Origin: Halieaceae bacterium
GTDB lineage: Bacteria; Pseudomonadota; Gammaproteobacteria; Pseudomonadales; Halieaceae
Direction of reading: 5' to 3'
DNA length: 64,000 nucleotides
NCBI GenBank assembly: GCA_902631395.1
Contig: CACOYM010000009.1
Span: forward strand, 8,502-72,501
Part shown: positions 49,822 to 61,334 of the stretch, piece after piece
How positions within the stretch are numbered: the first letter of the stretch is position 1
Layout of the letters: each line of letters opens with the position of its first letter
Program-made: the position numbers and the translations under genes
The notes under the pieces: generated by a model
Told to the model about the DNA's origin: nothing
Database searches by the model: none
The model's input: the letters and a program-made list of their open reading frames with translations, nothing else

Positions 49822-52800
49822 ATGCTTGTCTTGCCGGGCTCTTCCGCTCTGTCTGACGCACGTTTCGATTTGCTAGCGGCAGAGATTTCTGCGGTCGGAC
49901 AAGCCTATCAGTTACGCGAGGCGTTCTATGCGTACGCAATTGATATAAAAGAATCTGCCTCATTGAATACCGACCGTCTTGCGGCTTTGCTTCACTCTGG
50001 CACTGCTTTGGAAATGGACATCGACGCGTTGAATCGACCCGGCCTGCGCATCGTAGCACCTCGCTTTGGCACGATCTCGCCGTGGTCAAGCAAGGCCACC
50101 GATATCGCCCGAAATTGTGGCTTTGACGCGATTAATCGCATCGAACGCATTGTCGTTATTGGTATAGACGGACTGCCTGCTGATCAGCCTCTGCCCGCGC
50201 TGGATGCACTTTTGCACGATCGTATGGTTGATACCGTCGTCAGTTCTCTCGATGCGCTTGCGCCACTTTTTGAGCAATCTTCTCCTCAGAGTTATGAAGA
50301 AGTCGATATCCTTGCCGGGGGTGCCGCTGCGCTTGTTGCCGCGAACGAAGAACTGGGACTGGCATTGGCTAATGACGAAATTACGTATTTGGTCACCGCT
50401 TTTACCGAGCTGGGTCGTAACCCGCGAGACATTGAGTTAATGATGTTTGCGCAGGCCAACTCCGAGCACTGTCGGCACAAGATCTTTAATGCCAGTTGGG
50501 AAATTGATGAACAGCAAAAGTCGCATTCCTTATTTGGCATGATTCGGCATACCAACGAAGTGGGCGGAGAGAACGTGCTGTCTGCCTATTCCGATAACGC
50601 GGCGGTGGTCATGGGACACAGAGCGGGCCGATTTTCACCCGGTGTGTCCGATCGGGTCTGGCGTTTTCATGACGAGTTTGTACATCTGCTGATGAAGGTG
50701 GAAACGCACAATCACCCGACTGCCATCTCGCCTTTTGCGGGGGCCGGCACGGGGGCTGGAGGTGAGATTCGTGATGAAGGCGCCGTTGGCCGTGGCTCCA
50801 GACCCAAGGCAAGCTTGGTAGGCTTCACAGTTTCTCACCTAGAGATTCCGGAGCAACCGCGACCCTGGGAGTTGCATTACGGTAGGCCAGGCCGCATTGT
50901 CTCGCCACTGCAGATCATGACCGAGGGTCCTATCGGTGCGGCAGCCTTTAACAACGAGTTTGGACGGCCCAACCTCGCGGGCTACTTCCGCACATTTGAA
51001 GCGGTAACAGATGGCGGGGTGCGCGGCTATCACAAGCCCATCATGATCGCGGGTGGCTTCGGCAACATTCGCGAGGCTCACGTCGAGAAAGGAGCCTTCT
51101 CAGTTGGTGCAAAGCTGATCGTGCTGGGTGGGCCCGCCATGCTGATCGGTTTGGGTGGCGGAGCCGCGTCGTCCATGGCCAGCGGTGATAGCGCAGAGGA
51201 TCTGGATTTTGCCTCAGTACAGAGGCAGAACCCAGAGATACAGCGTCGCTGTCAGGAAGTCATTGATAGCTGCTGGAGCCTCGGTGATCAGAATCCGATT
51301 GCGTTTATTCACGACGTTGGCGCAGGCGGCCTCAGCAACGCGTTACCAGAGCTTGTTAAAGACGGTGGTCGTGGCGGGTGCTTCGAATTGCGGGATGTGC
51401 CGAATGATGAGTCTAGTATGACGCCGCTCGAGATCTGGTGCAATGAATCTCAGGAGCGATATGTGTTGGCAGTAGAGCCCGAATCGCTCCCTGAATTCGA
51501 AGCGATCTGCGAGCGAGAGCGATGCCCTTATGCCGTAGTTGGCGAAGCAACCGATTCGCAACACTTATTGGTCAATGACCGAGATTTTGGCAACGCGCCC
51601 ATCGATCTGCCTATGTCTGTTCTGTTCGGTAAACCACCGAAAATGCATCGACAAGCTCGCCGTCACCCCGCGGTGGCTGACGATTTTGAAGCGAGTACCG
51701 TGTCATTGTCTACGTCATTGGAGCGCGTGCTGACCTTCCCCGCGGTCGCTTCCAAAAGCTTTCTGATCACCATTGGCGACCGCAGTGTTACCGGCATGGT
51801 CTCCCGAGATCAAATGGTCGGCCCGTGGCAGGTGCCCGTCGCCGACTGCGCCATCACAACCGTCTCGCTGGATTCTCACCTAGGCGAGGCGATGTCCATG
51901 GGTGAGCGCACGCCGGTGGCACTGCTCAATGGCCCCGCATCCGGTCGTTTGGCAGTCGCAGAGGCTATTACCAATATTCTGGCAGCGCCGGTTGCAGCGC
52001 TGAATGATATCAAGCTGTCAGCCAACTGGATGTGCGCCGCTGGTCACGAGGGAGACGACGCCGTGCTCTATGACACGGTGGAAGCGGTCGGCATGGGCTT
52101 TTGTCCTGCATTGGGCGTCACGATTCCCGTGGGTAAGGATTCTATGTCCATGCGTACCGTATGGGAGAGTGCAGAGGGGAATCGAGCCGTCACGGCGCCA
52201 GTGTCACTGATCGTCTCGGGCTTCGCGCCCTGTGGTGATGTTCGGGACGCACTAACACCTACCCTCTCGGCAGATGAGCACACCGCTTTGTTGTTGGTGG
52301 ATTTGGGCCGTGGTCAGGATCGGATCGGTGGATCTGTGTTAGCTCAGGTCTGGCAGAAAATGGGGGCAACGCCCCCTGACGTGACCCCTGAAGACGTCGT
52401 TGCGCTGTTCAATTTCATCACTGAGCTCAAAGCGCAAAATCGCATTCTGGCTTATCACGATCGTTCAGATGGCGGCCTGCTGGTGACGCTCCTCGAAATG
52501 GCGTTTGCTGGCCGTTGTGGCCTCAATATTGATTTAGATATCTCACTGGAATGCGCCAACGCCCGTCTTTTCTCCGAGGAGATCGGGGCGGTCATACAAG
52601 TAAAGGCTGATCAAATTGATGAGACAATGCGTTTAGCGGTAGCCCATGGCCTGGCTGACGCAGTCAGTTTGGTGGCCACGCCTCGCAAGGACGAACGTAT
52701 CGTTGTTAATACTCCCCAGTTCGAGTTGATTGACAGTAACCGCGGTGCGCTGCAGTCCCTGTGGGCACAAACCAGCTATGCGATAGCTAGACGTCGAGAT

Positions 52801-53694
52801 AACTCGGCCTGCGCCGATCAGGAGTTCGCTCGTATTCACTCGGATGATGCTGGTTTGTCAGCCTCGCTGACCTTTGACTGCGATGAGGATATTGCTGCGC
52901 CCTACCTTGCTTCGGGCGCACGCCCTCGCGTGGCGATTTTGCGAGAGCAGGGTGTTAATGGGCAAATGGAGATGGCAGCCGCCTTTGATCGAGCGGGGTT
53001 CACTGCGGTCGATGTACATATGAGCGACATAATGTCAGGTCGGCAGCGTCTGCAGGACGTCCACGGTCTCGTGGCTTGTGGCGGTTTCTCTTATGGCGAT
53101 GTATTGGGGGCAGGAGAAGGCTGGGCAAAGAGCATTTTGTTCAATGACGCTGTCCGGCAGGAGTTTGGAAGCTTTTTTGAGCGCAGTGATACCTTCGCTC
53201 TCGGCGTGTGCAATGGCTGTCAAATGCTGTCAGCGCTGCAAGCTGTCATTCCCGGTACCGAGCACTGGCCGCGTTTCGCCCGCAATCTCTCCGAACAGTA
53301 CGAAGCGCGTCTCTCTCTGGTCAAGATTGAATCATCAGCCTCGATCTTGCTTGCTGGTATGGAAGGATCTCACCTTCCCATCGTTGTGGCACATGGTGAG
53401 GGTCGCGCACAATTCGCCGATGAGGCGCAGCGCGATGCGCTGGAGTCAGCAGGGCAGGTCGCGATTCGGTTTATCGATAACGACTTGCAGACGGCGACGG
53501 CCTACCCGTTGAATCCCAACGGTTCGCCCGCGGGCATCACGGGGCTGTGTAATGCTGACGGTCGGGTAACGATCATGATGCCGCATCCCGAGCGGGTCTA
53601 TCGCGCCGCGCAATTATCGTGGTGTCCGCCGGATTGGCATACCGACTCAGGGTGGATGCGTCTGTTCCGGAATGGCCGCGTGTGGCTTGGCTAA
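49822..53694 (+). CDS. purL: Phosphoribosylformylglycinamidine synthase (large type)
   Basis: [46 protein letters not shown]; ATG at 49822. Confidence 0.97.
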   Translation: MLVLPGSSALSDARFDLLAAEISAVGQAYQLREAFYAYAIDIKESASLNTDRLAALLHSGTALEMDIDALNRPGLRIVAPRFGTISPWSSKATDIARNCGFDAINRIERIVVIGIDGLPADQPLPALDALLHDRMVDTVVSSLDALAPLFEQSSPQSYEEVDILAGGAAALVAANEELGLALANDEITYLVTAFTELGRNPRDIELMMFAQANSEHCRHKIFNASWEIDEQQKSHSLFGMIRHTNEVGGENVLSAYSDNAAVVMGHRAGRFSPGVSDRVWRFHDEFVHLLMKVETHNHPTAISPFAGAGTGAGGEIRDEGAVGRGSRPKASLVGFTVSHLEIPEQPRPWELHYGRPGRIVSPLQIMTEGPIGAAAFNNEFGRPNLAGYFRTFEAVTDGGVRGYHKPIMIAGGFGNIREAHVEKGAFSVGAKLIVLGGPAMLIGLGGGAASSMASGDSAEDLDFASVQRQNPEIQRRCQEVIDSCWSLGDQNPIAFIHDVGAGGLSNALPELVKDGGRGGCFELRDVPNDESSMTPLEIWCNESQERYVLAVEPESLPEFEAICERERCPYAVVGEATDSQHLLVNDRDFGNAPIDLPMSVLFGKPPKMHRQARRHPAVADDFEASTVSLSTSLERVLTFPAVASKSFLITIGDRSVTGMVSRDQMVGPWQVPVADCAITTVSLDSHLGEAMSMGERTPVALLNGPASGRLAVAEAITNILAAPVAALNDIKLSANWMCAAGHEGDDAVLYDTVEAVGMGFCPALGVTIPVGKDSMSMRTVWESAEGNRAVTAPVSLIVSGFAPCGDVRDALTPTLSADEHTALLLVDLGRGQDRIGGSVLAQVWQKMGATPPDVTPEDVVALFNFITELKAQNRILAYHDRSDGGLLVTLLEMAFAGRCGLNIDLDISLECANARLFSEEIGAVIQVKADQIDETMRLAVAHGLADAVSLVATPRKDERIVVNTPQFELIDSNRGALQSLWAQTSYAIARRRDNSACADQEFARIHSDDAGLSASLTFDCDEDIAAPYLASGARPRVAILREQGVNGQMEMAAAFDRAGFTAVDVHMSDIMSGRQRLQDVHGLVACGGFSYGDVLGAGEGWAKSILFNDAVRQEFGSFFERSDTFALGVCNGCQMLSALQAVIPGTEHWPRFARNLSEQYEARLSLVKIESSASILLAGMEGSHLPIVVAHGEGRAQFADEAQRDALESAGQVAIRFIDNDLQTATAYPLNPNGSPAGITGLCNADGRVTIMMPHPERVYRAAQLSWCPPDWHTDSGWMRLFRNGRVWLG

Positions 53695-53784
53695 CGATGA
53701 CATGGTGTTGGCATGGCTGACTCGTTAAACTCCGCGCCTATCTGTAAATCTGGGTCCCAACAAAGTGTCGCAAGCTACTAACTG

Positions 53785-55692
53785 ATGAACAATCGATATC
53801 CTCTCTGGAAAAACCTGCTGATACTGACTGTTGCGCTTTGCGGATTTTATTACGCGGCGCCAAATATGTATGCGCCCGACCCGGCGTTGCAAATCGCAGG
53901 TGCCAGTAGCTCACTGCAGATTGACGAGCGCATCCTCAGTCGTGCTGAGACTGCGCTGGATGAGGTAGGCATTGGCTTTTTCGGTCCAGAGCTTCAGGAC
54001 GGAGGCAAATCGGCCCTAATCCGATTGAACGACCGGGAGCAGCAGTTGAGGGCGCAAGCCATCCTAGCCCGCGAATTAGGTGACAGTTTTATCGTGGCGC
54101 TCAATCTCGCACCCACCACACCCGATTGGCTGTTGGAGGGCGGCGCGACACCCATGAAGCTGGGCCTCGACTTAAGTGGTGGTGTGCACTTCAAGCTCGA
54201 AGTCGATGTCGACGCAGCGGCGGAGCGCAAGCTCATCCAATACGAGACAGGTATCAAAAAGCGATTGCGCGAGAGGCGTATCCGCGGCCGTATTAGCATT
54301 GATGGCGAAAAGGTCGCGATGCAGTTCCGCACCGAAGTGGATCGCGAGGCCGCCCGCCGCGAGGTAGTCGATCTCTACCCTGAGCTATTTCTTGACCGGC
54401 TTGATGCAGAAGAGACTTGGTCGTTATCCGCAGAAGTTACTGAGCAGACTGTAAAAGAGGTGGTTGATTACGCTGTGACACAGAACCTCACGACGATCCG
54501 TAATCGTGTGAACGAGCTCGGCGTATCCGAGCCATTGGTGCAGCGCCAGGGCGGCAATCGGATCGTGGTCGAGCTGCCCGGCATTCAGGACACGGCCGAG
54601 GCAAAGCGAATTTTGGGCAAGGTCGCGAATCTGGAGTTTCGGCTGGTTGCCGAAGTGAACGCGCCGGTTTCACAGCGGCAGCGCTTTGAATATCGTAGTC
54701 CTGACCGAGGTGGCATGACCGAGTGGCTCGAGCGCGATGTTATTATCACCGGGGAAAGCGTCTCAAACGCTCAAGCTGGTTTTGATCAGAACGGTCAGCC
54801 CAATGTGACCATCAGTCTTGATGGTGAGGGCGGCATGCTCATGTCGCGTGCGACGCGGGCCAATATCAAGCGCCGTATGGGTGTGCTATTCATAGAGCGC
54901 AAAAACCGAACGCGTTATGAGCAGGATGAAAACGGTGAGGAGCAGGTCACTCGGATTCCATATGACGAGAAAAAACTGCTGACCGCCCCCGTCATTCAAT
55001 CCGCATTAGGCGCGCAATTTCAAATCACGGGCTTGGACAACCCGGCAGAGGCGTCCGAGTTGGCGCTGATGCTCCGCGCAGGTGCATTGGCTGCTCCGAT
55101 TACATTTGTCGAGGAGCGAACAGTCGGGCCTTCATTGGGGGCCGAGAATATTCGCTTGGGTATGAAGTCCATGCAGGCAGGCTTGGCGCTAGTTGTGGTC
55201 TTCATGATGCTCTATTACCGCGTATTTGGCATAGCTGCGGTCGTGGCGTTGGCCGGTAATCTTGTTCTACTGGTCGGGGTCATGTCGCTGTTGGGCGCAA
55301 CGCTGACGCTTCCCGGTATTGCTGGTATCGTGCTGACCGTCGGTATGGCAGTTGATGCCAATGTGCTGATTTTTGCCCGCATCCGAGAGGAAATTCGCGG
55401 CGGCGCCTCGCCTCAAACCGCTATTTCTACGGGATTTGATCGCGCCATCGTGACAATTCTTGATGCCAACATCACTACCTTGATTGTTGCGATCATATTA
55501 TACGCGATTGGTACCGGGCCCATTAAAGGCTTCGCCGTAACGCTGTCGGTGGGTATCCTGACTTCTATGTTGTCTTCTATTATCGGGACTCGAGCGCTGA
55601 TCAACCTGATATATGGCGGGCGCCGCGTGGAGAGCTTGTCCATCGGCGGCGTGGGTCGCGCTGGCGCAAAACCCGCGGGAATAGCACAGTGA
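53785..55692 (+). CDS. secD: Protein translocase subunit SecD
   Basis: MNNRYPLWK, KLGLDLSGG, RVNELGVSEP, TLPGIAGIVLTVGMAVDANVLI. Confidence 0.97.
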   Translation: MNNRYPLWKNLLILTVALCGFYYAAPNMYAPDPALQIAGASSSLQIDERILSRAETALDEVGIGFFGPELQDGGKSALIRLNDREQQLRAQAILARELGDSFIVALNLAPTTPDWLLEGGATPMKLGLDLSGGVHFKLEVDVDAAAERKLIQYETGIKKRLRERRIRGRISIDGEKVAMQFRTEVDREAARREVVDLYPELFLDRLDAEETWSLSAEVTEQTVKEVVDYAVTQNLTTIRNRVNELGVSEPLVQRQGGNRIVVELPGIQDTAEAKRILGKVANLEFRLVAEVNAPVSQRQRFEYRSPDRGGMTEWLERDVIITGESVSNAQAGFDQNGQPNVTISLDGEGGMLMSRATRANIKRRMGVLFIERKNRTRYEQDENGEEQVTRIPYDEKKLLTAPVIQSALGAQFQITGLDNPAEASELALMLRAGALAAPITFVEERTVGPSLGAENIRLGMKSMQAGLALVVVFMMLYYRVFGIAAVVALAGNLVLLVGVMSLLGATLTLPGIAGIVLTVGMAVDANVLIFARIREEIRGGASPQTAISTGFDRAIVTILDANITTLIVAIILYAIGTGPIKGFAVTLSVGILTSMLSSIIGTRALINLIYGGRRVESLSIGGVGRAGAKPAGIAQ

Positions 55693-56603
55693 ATGCCATA
55701 CCTTTCATGAAATGGCGCTGGCTTGCCGTTGCGCTATCCGCCACTGCCATGCTGGCAGCCATTGCCTCCCTAAGTTTGAGGCAGCTTCACTGGGGCCTTG
55801 ATTTTACCGGGGGTACCCTGATCGAGGTCGAATACAGTGACAGCGCAGATTTGATCGCTATTCGCTCTTTCCTTGATCAGGAAGGTTACCAGGGTGCGGT
55901 TGTGGTCAGCTTCGGCACAGATCGCGACGTATTGGTTCGTTTACCAGACAGTTATTCTGACGATCAGGGCGCGCTGATGGTCGACAGGCTGCGAGCGGCG
56001 ACCGATACCAGTATCGAGTTGCGTAGAATTGAATTCGTCGGCCCGCAGGTAGGTGCTGAGCTTCGCGACGATGGTGGCATAGCCATGCTTACCGCGCTGG
56101 GGCTGGTCATGCTGTACGTCGCCTTCCGATTCCAGATCAAATTTGCGCTGGGCGCTGTGATTGCGCTGGCCCATGACGTGCTGTTCACCCTTGGTTTCTT
56201 TTCGCTGACGGGTTTGGAGTTCGATCTTACTGTGCTGGCCGCGTTGTTGGCGGTTGTTGGCTATTCGCTAAATGACACGATCGTTGTTTCCGACCGGATC
56301 CGGGAAAATCTACGTAAAGTCAGGCGCTCTAGCCCAAGCGAGGTAATTGACATATCGCTTACCGAGACATTGGGTCGCACACTGGTGACGTCACTGACGA
56401 CCTTGTTGGTGCTGGCAGCGCTCGCTTTATTCGGTGGTGAGATGATCTTTGGCTTCGCAGTGGCGCTGTTGGTCGGTGTAGCGGTCGGGACGTACTCGTC
56501 AATGTATGTGGCGGCCACAACTCTCCTGCAACTGGGGGTCAATAAAGAAGATGTTATGGTCCCTGAAAAAGAAGGTGCCGATCAGGAAGGCTTACTTCCC
56601 TGA
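55689..56603 (+). CDS. secF: Protein translocase subunit SecF
   Basis: GLDFTGG, FVGPQVG, GYSLNDTIVVSDRIREN, GTYSS. Confidence 0.97.
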   Translation: MNAIPFMKWRWLAVALSATAMLAAIASLSLRQLHWGLDFTGGTLIEVEYSDSADLIAIRSFLDQEGYQGAVVVSFGTDRDVLVRLPDSYSDDQGALMVDRLRAATDTSIELRRIEFVGPQVGAELRDDGGIAMLTALGLVMLYVAFRFQIKFALGAVIALAHDVLFTLGFFSLTGLEFDLTVLAALLAVVGYSLNDTIVVSDRIRENLRKVRRSSPSEVIDISLTETLGRTLVTSLTTLLVLAALALFGGEMIFGFAVALLVGVAVGTYSSMYVAATTLLQLGVNKEDVMVPEKEGADQEGLLP

Positions 56604-56636
56604 CAAGGGCTCCACTTTGCCGTTCTGCTGCCTACC

Positions 56637-57431
56637 TCAGCACGACGGAACTTTTATCAAGGGCAGTAGCTGACGCATCAGCTTGCCATTGCTACACACG
56701 ACATTGCCACTCTCGTACCAATCATCGCCCCCTGACAGATCGATAATGAGGCCACCGGCCTCTCGCACTAGCAGTGCCCCGGCTGCAATATCCCATCGAT
56801 TCAGCCCCATTTCCCAAAATCCGTCGAGTCGTCCAGCCGCCACGTACGCTAAATCCAATGCTGCGGAGCCTGCTCTGCGAACACCCATACAGCGGCCGGC
56901 GACGTTGCCCATAGAGGCGGTATACCAGTCGAGTCTGTCGTCGTAGTGCCCTAAAAACGGTATACCCGTGCCGATCAGAGACTCCTTTAGTTCTTTACGG
57001 TCACCCACGCGAATACGATGCCCGTTAAGCTGTGCGCCACGGCCACGTGAGGCAATAAATTCCTCGCGACGGATCGGATCGTATACAACGGCGTGCTCTA
57101 TTTTGTTCCGATGTAAACAGGCGATACTGATTGCGTAATGTGGGATGCCTCGCAAAAAATTACTGGTGCCATCTAGGGGGTCGATGACCCAGGTGTACTC
57201 GGATTCTACTTTGCCCGAAAACCCGCTCTCCTCGCATTCAAAACGATGCTCAGGGTAGGTTCTGCTAAGGTAATAAAGAATTTCTTTCTCTGCCGCGATA
57301 TCGACTTCACTCACGAAATCTGCTGCAGCCTTAGCCTGATACCCGACGCGGTCCATATCATCCGATGCGCGCACAATCAGATCTCCCGCTTTGCGAGCGG
57401 CGCGCAGTGCCATGGATGCGGTGGGTTCCAT
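56637..57431 (-). CDS. suhB: Inositol-1-monophosphatase/Nus factor SuhB
   Basis: MEP...ALRAARKAG, WVIDPLDGTSNF, RRAGSAALDLAYVAAGR, WDIAAG; ATG at 57431. Confidence 0.93.
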   Translation of the reverse strand: MEPTASMALRAARKAGDLIVRASDDMDRVGYQAKAAADFVSEVDIAAEKEILYYLSRTYPEHRFECEESGFSGKVESEYTWVIDPLDGTSNFLRGIPHYAISIACLHRNKIEHAVVYDPIRREEFIASRGRGAQLNGHRIRVGDRKELKESLIGTGIPFLGHYDDRLDWYTASMGNVAGRCMGVRRAGSAALDLAYVAAGRLDGFWEMGLNRWDIAAGALLVREAGGLIIDLSGGDDWYESGNVVCSNGKLMRQLLPLIKVPSC

Positions 57432-57530
57432 TGCCAACTCCTGTACTCGAAGGCGGCGCATCATAACAGGGCGGGGGGGGGCGCGGATACGGTTTTGATA
57501 AACTGTGCTCCCCTTCAAGATCCTAGTCTT

Positions 57531-58271
57531 ATGAATCCCAACAACATCGACATCGTTCTGGTGCACACAACGCATAGCGGCAACATTGGTGGCGTGGCGC
57601 GTGCGATGAAGAACATGAGCTTACATCGCTTAACGCTAGTCTCGCCGCTAGAGTTCCCCTCGCGCGAGGCAACCTGGCGGGCCGCCTCGGCTGCTGACGT
57701 GATGGAGCATGCGCGTGTAGTCGACACCCTGGAGGAGGCCATTGCTGATTGTCAGTTTGTAGTTGGTACCAGCGCGCGTGAACGGCGTATCCCTTGGCCT
57801 GTTCAGGACGCGCGCAGATGCGCAGAGCGTATCGCCTCGCATTCCTCAAATGAGCGTGTTGCGGTGTTGTTTGGTAGAGAGGACAGAGGCTTGCTTAATG
57901 AGGAGCTTCAGCGCTGCCACTTACATTGCCATATTCCAACGCATGAGGGTTACGCGAGCCTGAATCTGGCCATGGCAGTGCAAATTGTGGCGTATGAGCT
58001 GCGCATGGCGCAGCTGGGCGAGACGACCAATCTTGCGGAGGACGCGCAGTGGGATAGCCCCTTTGTCACGACTGAGGATATGGATCGTTTCTACGTGCAC
58101 CTCGAGGCCACGCTCGTCGATATTGAATTTTTGAAGCCCGAGGCGCCACGCCAGTTAATGCGCCGATTAAAGCGGCTTTACAACCGGGTCAGACTTGATG
58201 AGATGGAGCTAAATATTTTGCGTGGCATCCTTAGTGAAACGCAAAAAAAAGCCCGGAAGTCGGACCCGTGA
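57531..58271 (+). CDS. trmJ: tRNA (C32/U32) 2'-O-methyltransferase TrmJ
   Basis: IVLV..THSGNIG..ARAMKNM, GTSAR, FGREDRGL.NEEL, SLNLAMAVQ; ATG at 57531. Confidence 0.92.
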   Translation: MNPNNIDIVLVHTTHSGNIGGVARAMKNMSLHRLTLVSPLEFPSREATWRAASAADVMEHARVVDTLEEAIADCQFVVGTSARERRIPWPVQDARRCAERIASHSSNERVAVLFGREDRGLLNEELQRCHLHCHIPTHEGYASLNLAMAVQIVAYELRMAQLGETTNLAEDAQWDSPFVTTEDMDRFYVHLEATLVDIEFLKPEAPRQLMRRLKRLYNRVRLDEMELNILRGILSETQKKARKSDP

Positions 58272-58285
58272 TACCAGCCATGCTT

Positions 58286-58310
58286 ATTCTTGACTAAAAT
58301 AGTCGGGAAT
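58286..58310 (+). promoter_or_regulatory. IscR type-1 operator
   Basis: ATTCTTGACTAAAATAGTCGGGAAT is close to ATASYYGACTRwwwYAGTCRRSTAT and lies directly upstream of iscR. Confidence 0.8.
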
Positions 58311-58324
58311 AAGACAATGTGTGC

Positions 58325-58783
58325 ATGAAACTGACGACTCGCGGACGCTATGCCGTCACTGCCATGCTTGATTTGGCCATTAACGAGGGTAAAAGGCCGA
58401 TATCTTTGGCAGATATCTCGGGTAGGCAGGAAATTTCCTTGTCCTATCTCGAGCAGCTTTTTGCCAAGCTGCGGCGTGAGGAATTGGTGACCAGTGCCCG
58501 TGGGCCGGGTGGGGGGTACCGCCTCGCCAGAAGTGGTTCGGAAATATTTGTCGCCGAAATCATCGATGCGGTCGATGAATCAGTCGACGTGACTAACTGC
58601 CAGGGCAAGGGCAATTGTCATCATGGAGAGACCTGTTTGACTCATCACTTGTGGGAGGATCTTTCAGGTCAGATCCACGATTTTCTCAGCCAGATCAGCC
58701 TTGGTGATTTGATGGAAGGCCGAGGCCGTCGAGTTACTGCACATCAAAGCGATGGGGTATTGCAGACCCTGTCACTAAGGTAG
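58325..58783 (+). CDS. iscR: Fe-S cluster regulator IscR
   Basis: [35 protein letters not shown], three Cys and CLTHHLW. Confidence 0.96.
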   Translation: MKLTTRGRYAVTAMLDLAINEGKRPISLADISGRQEISLSYLEQLFAKLRREELVTSARGPGGGYRLARSGSEIFVAEIIDAVDESVDVTNCQGKGNCHHGETCLTHHLWEDLSGQIHDFLSQISLGDLMEGRGRRVTAHQSDGVLQTLSLR

Positions 58784-58834
58784 ACACCACTGTCGGCGCT
58801 TAATCGGCGGTGTTAAAAGAGAGGTGAATCGACA

Positions 58835-60067
58835 ATGAACGCACCGGTGACTGTACAAACGCCGATATATCTAGACTACCTGTCGACTACGCCTGTCGAT
58901 CCAAGAGTCGTGGAGGTTATGTCCGCTTGTTTGTCCAATGAGGGCGTATTTGGTAACCCAGCTTCTCGATCCCATGTTTTCGGTTGGAAGGCTGAAGAGG
59001 CAGTGGAGAACGCGCGCAATCAGGTCGCCGAGCTGATCAATGCTGATCCGCGTGAGATTGTTTGGACCTCGGGCGCGACAGAGTCTGACAATCTCGCCAT
59101 TAAAGGTGTTGCTCACTTCTATCATAAGAGGGGCAAACACATCGTGACATCCAAAATTGAACACAAGGCTGTCTTGGATACGTGCCGTCAGTTGGAAAGA
59201 GAGGGTTACGAAGTTACTTACCTCGATCCGGACGAACAGGGTTTGACCACACCCGACATGGTCAAGGCGGCGCTACGGGAAGACACCATATTGGTGAGCA
59301 TTATGCATGCCAACAACGAGATTGGTGTGGTGAACGACGTTGCGGGTATCGGCGAGATGTGTCGTGACGCGGGCGTGTTGCTGCATGTCGATGCGGCGCA
59401 GGGAGCAGGCAAGGTCGCCCTAGATATGGAAGCGATGAAAGTGGACTTGCTGTCTATGTCGGCGCACAAAATGTATGGCCCGAAAGGTGTTGGCGCACTG
59501 TACGTTCGCCGTAAGCCTCGTGTCCGGCTTGAAGCGCAGATGCACGGTGGTGGCCACGAGCGTGGGATGCGATCGGGCACATTGGCAACCCATCAGCTTG
59601 TGGGATTTGGCGAAGCGGCGCGCATTGCTCGCGAGGAAATGCAGGTGGAGGCCTATCGCTTGGCGGCACTCCGGCAGCGGTTCTGGGATGCCATTAGTGA
59701 CATTCCAGAGGTTCATATCAACGGCGACCGCGACCAGCGATTGCCGGGCGCGCTGAATGTCAGCTTTGCCTTTGTAGAGGGTGAGTCTCTGATCATGTCG
59801 CTGCGTGACCTCGCGATTTCAAGCGGTTCGGCTTGCACCTCTGCAAGTCTCGAGCCGTCCTACGTCTTACGAGCTCTGGGGCTCAACGATGAGCTGGCGC
59901 ACAGCTCATTGCGATTCAGCTTTGGGCGTTTCACGACTGACGTTGAGGTGGATCATGCCGCAAAGTGTGTGCGCAATGCAGTAGAGAAGCTCCGCGAGTT
60001 GTCGCCGTTGTGGGACATGTATCAGGACGGCGTTGATCTGAACACGATTGAATGGGCGGCGCACTGA
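58835..60067 (+). CDS. iscS: Cysteine desulfurase
   Basis: [36 protein letters not shown], ends IEWAAH. Confidence 0.97.
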   Translation: MNAPVTVQTPIYLDYLSTTPVDPRVVEVMSACLSNEGVFGNPASRSHVFGWKAEEAVENARNQVAELINADPREIVWTSGATESDNLAIKGVAHFYHKRGKHIVTSKIEHKAVLDTCRQLEREGYEVTYLDPDEQGLTTPDMVKAALREDTILVSIMHANNEIGVVNDVAGIGEMCRDAGVLLHVDAAQGAGKVALDMEAMKVDLLSMSAHKMYGPKGVGALYVRRKPRVRLEAQMHGGGHERGMRSGTLATHQLVGFGEAARIAREEMQVEAYRLAALRQRFWDAISDIPEVHINGDRDQRLPGALNVSFAFVEGESLIMSLRDLAISSGSACTSASLEPSYVLRALGLNDELAHSSLRFSFGRFTTDVEVDHAAKCVRNAVEKLRELSPLWDMYQDGVDLNTIEWAAH

Positions 60068-60097
60068 CGTTGCCGCAAATGCCTTTGGGAGAGCACC

Positions 60098-60481
60098 ATG
60101 GCTTATAGCGATAAAGTTATTGACCACTACGAGAACCCGCGCAACGTGGGTAAGTTAGATGACGCTGATGAGAATGTGGGCACTGGCATGGTGGGTGCGC
60201 CGGCTTGCGGCGACGTCATGCGCTTACAGATTCAGGTCAATGACGAGGGCGTTATAGAAGACGCCAAGTTCAAGACCTATGGGTGCGGATCCGCGATCGC
60301 CTCCGGTTCATTACTGACCGAATGGGTGAAGGGCAAGAAGCTGGACGAAGCAGCGTCAATTAAAAATACGGAGATCGCGCAGGAACTTTCTTTGCCTCCG
60401 GTAAAGATACATTGCTCGGTTTTGGCCGAAGACGCCATCAAGGCGGCGGTTAAGAACTATCGCGATAAGCGGGAAGGCTGA
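60098..60481 (+). CDS. iscU: Fe-S scaffold IscU
   Basis: MAYSDKVIDHYENPRNVG, GAPACGD, LPPVKIHCS. Confidence 0.97.
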   Translation: MAYSDKVIDHYENPRNVGKLDDADENVGTGMVGAPACGDVMRLQIQVNDEGVIEDAKFKTYGCGSAIASGSLLTEWVKGKKLDEAASIKNTEIAQELSLPPVKIHCSVLAEDAIKAAVKNYRDKREG

Positions 60482-60805
60482 GTGGCCATTAGTTTGACAT
60501 CTGAGGCCGCCAAGCATGTGGGCCGTCAGTTGCAAAGCCGCGGCAAGGGCGAGGGTATCCGCATCGGGGTGAAAACCTCTGGATGCTCTGGTTTGGCTTA
60601 CGTACTCGAATTTGTCGATCAACCGGAACCAGAGGATGCTGCTTTCGAGTCTGATGGTGTGAAGGTGTTTGTTGATCCGAAGAGCTTGATCTACCTGGAC
60701 GGCACCATCGTTGATTACTCCCGTGAGGGGCTGAACGAGGGTTTGGAGTTCCGGAACCCCAATGTTGCCGGGGAGTGCGGCTGCGGCGAGAGTTTCACGG
60801 TCTGA
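60482..60805 (+). CDS. iscA: Fe-S carrier IscA
   Basis: GCSGLAY, NPN...ECGCGESF. Confidence 0.95.
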   Translation: MAISLTSEAAKHVGRQLQSRGKGEGIRIGVKTSGCSGLAYVLEFVDQPEPEDAAFESDGVKVFVDPKSLIYLDGTIVDYSREGLNEGLEFRNPNVAGECGCGESFTV

Positions 60806-60807
60806 TC

Positions 60808-61332
60808 GTGAGCGCCAACCCGGGCGTGCCCGCACGCGACTACTTTTCGTTATTCAACATTGAACCGGGCATGTCTCTCGACGAGAAGGCGCTCGAGCGC
60901 ACATACCACACGCTCTTATCTCAATTTCACCCTGACCGGTACGCTGGAAAGTCGGCGGTAGAGCAGCGAGTGGCGGCGCAGTTTTGCGCAGACGTAAATA
61001 GTGGTTACCGCACCTTGCGAAATGAGGTCACGCGTGCGGAATACTTGCTAAAAAGCGTGGGCGTAGATCTTCACGCCGCCGAGCGTGAGGGCGTTGACGC
61101 TGGCTTTTTAATGACGCAAATCACGCTAAGAGAGCGACTTGAGGATACGCCAGCGACTGACAAGGAAAGCCGGCGAGCGTTAACTGAAGAAATCACTGAG
61201 CACTATCATTGCAGCCGTGATCGGTGTGCCCGCTCTATTGCCGCGTCCGATTGGTCTGAGGCCGCTCGCGCCTGGCAGGAAATGTGCTTTCTATGGAAAT
61301 TGTTGGATGCCGCGCAGCCTGCGGAGCACTGA
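60808..61332 (+). CDS. hscB: Co-chaperone HscB
   Basis: DYFSLF...FHPD J-domain, RAEYLL; GTG at 60808. Confidence 0.9.
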   Translation: MSANPGVPARDYFSLFNIEPGMSLDEKALERTYHTLLSQFHPDRYAGKSAVEQRVAAQFCADVNSGYRTLRNEVTRAEYLLKSVGVDLHAAEREGVDAGFLMTQITLRERLEDTPATDKESRRALTEEITEHYHCSRDRCARSIAASDWSEAARAWQEMCFLWKLLDAAQPAEH

Positions 61333-61334
61333 GT

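Noticed and set aside
49667-50089. Apparent overlap of mltF and purL 5' ends
   Set aside because: Artefact of longest-ORF starts; plausible starts at 49666 and 49822 leave a normal divergent gap
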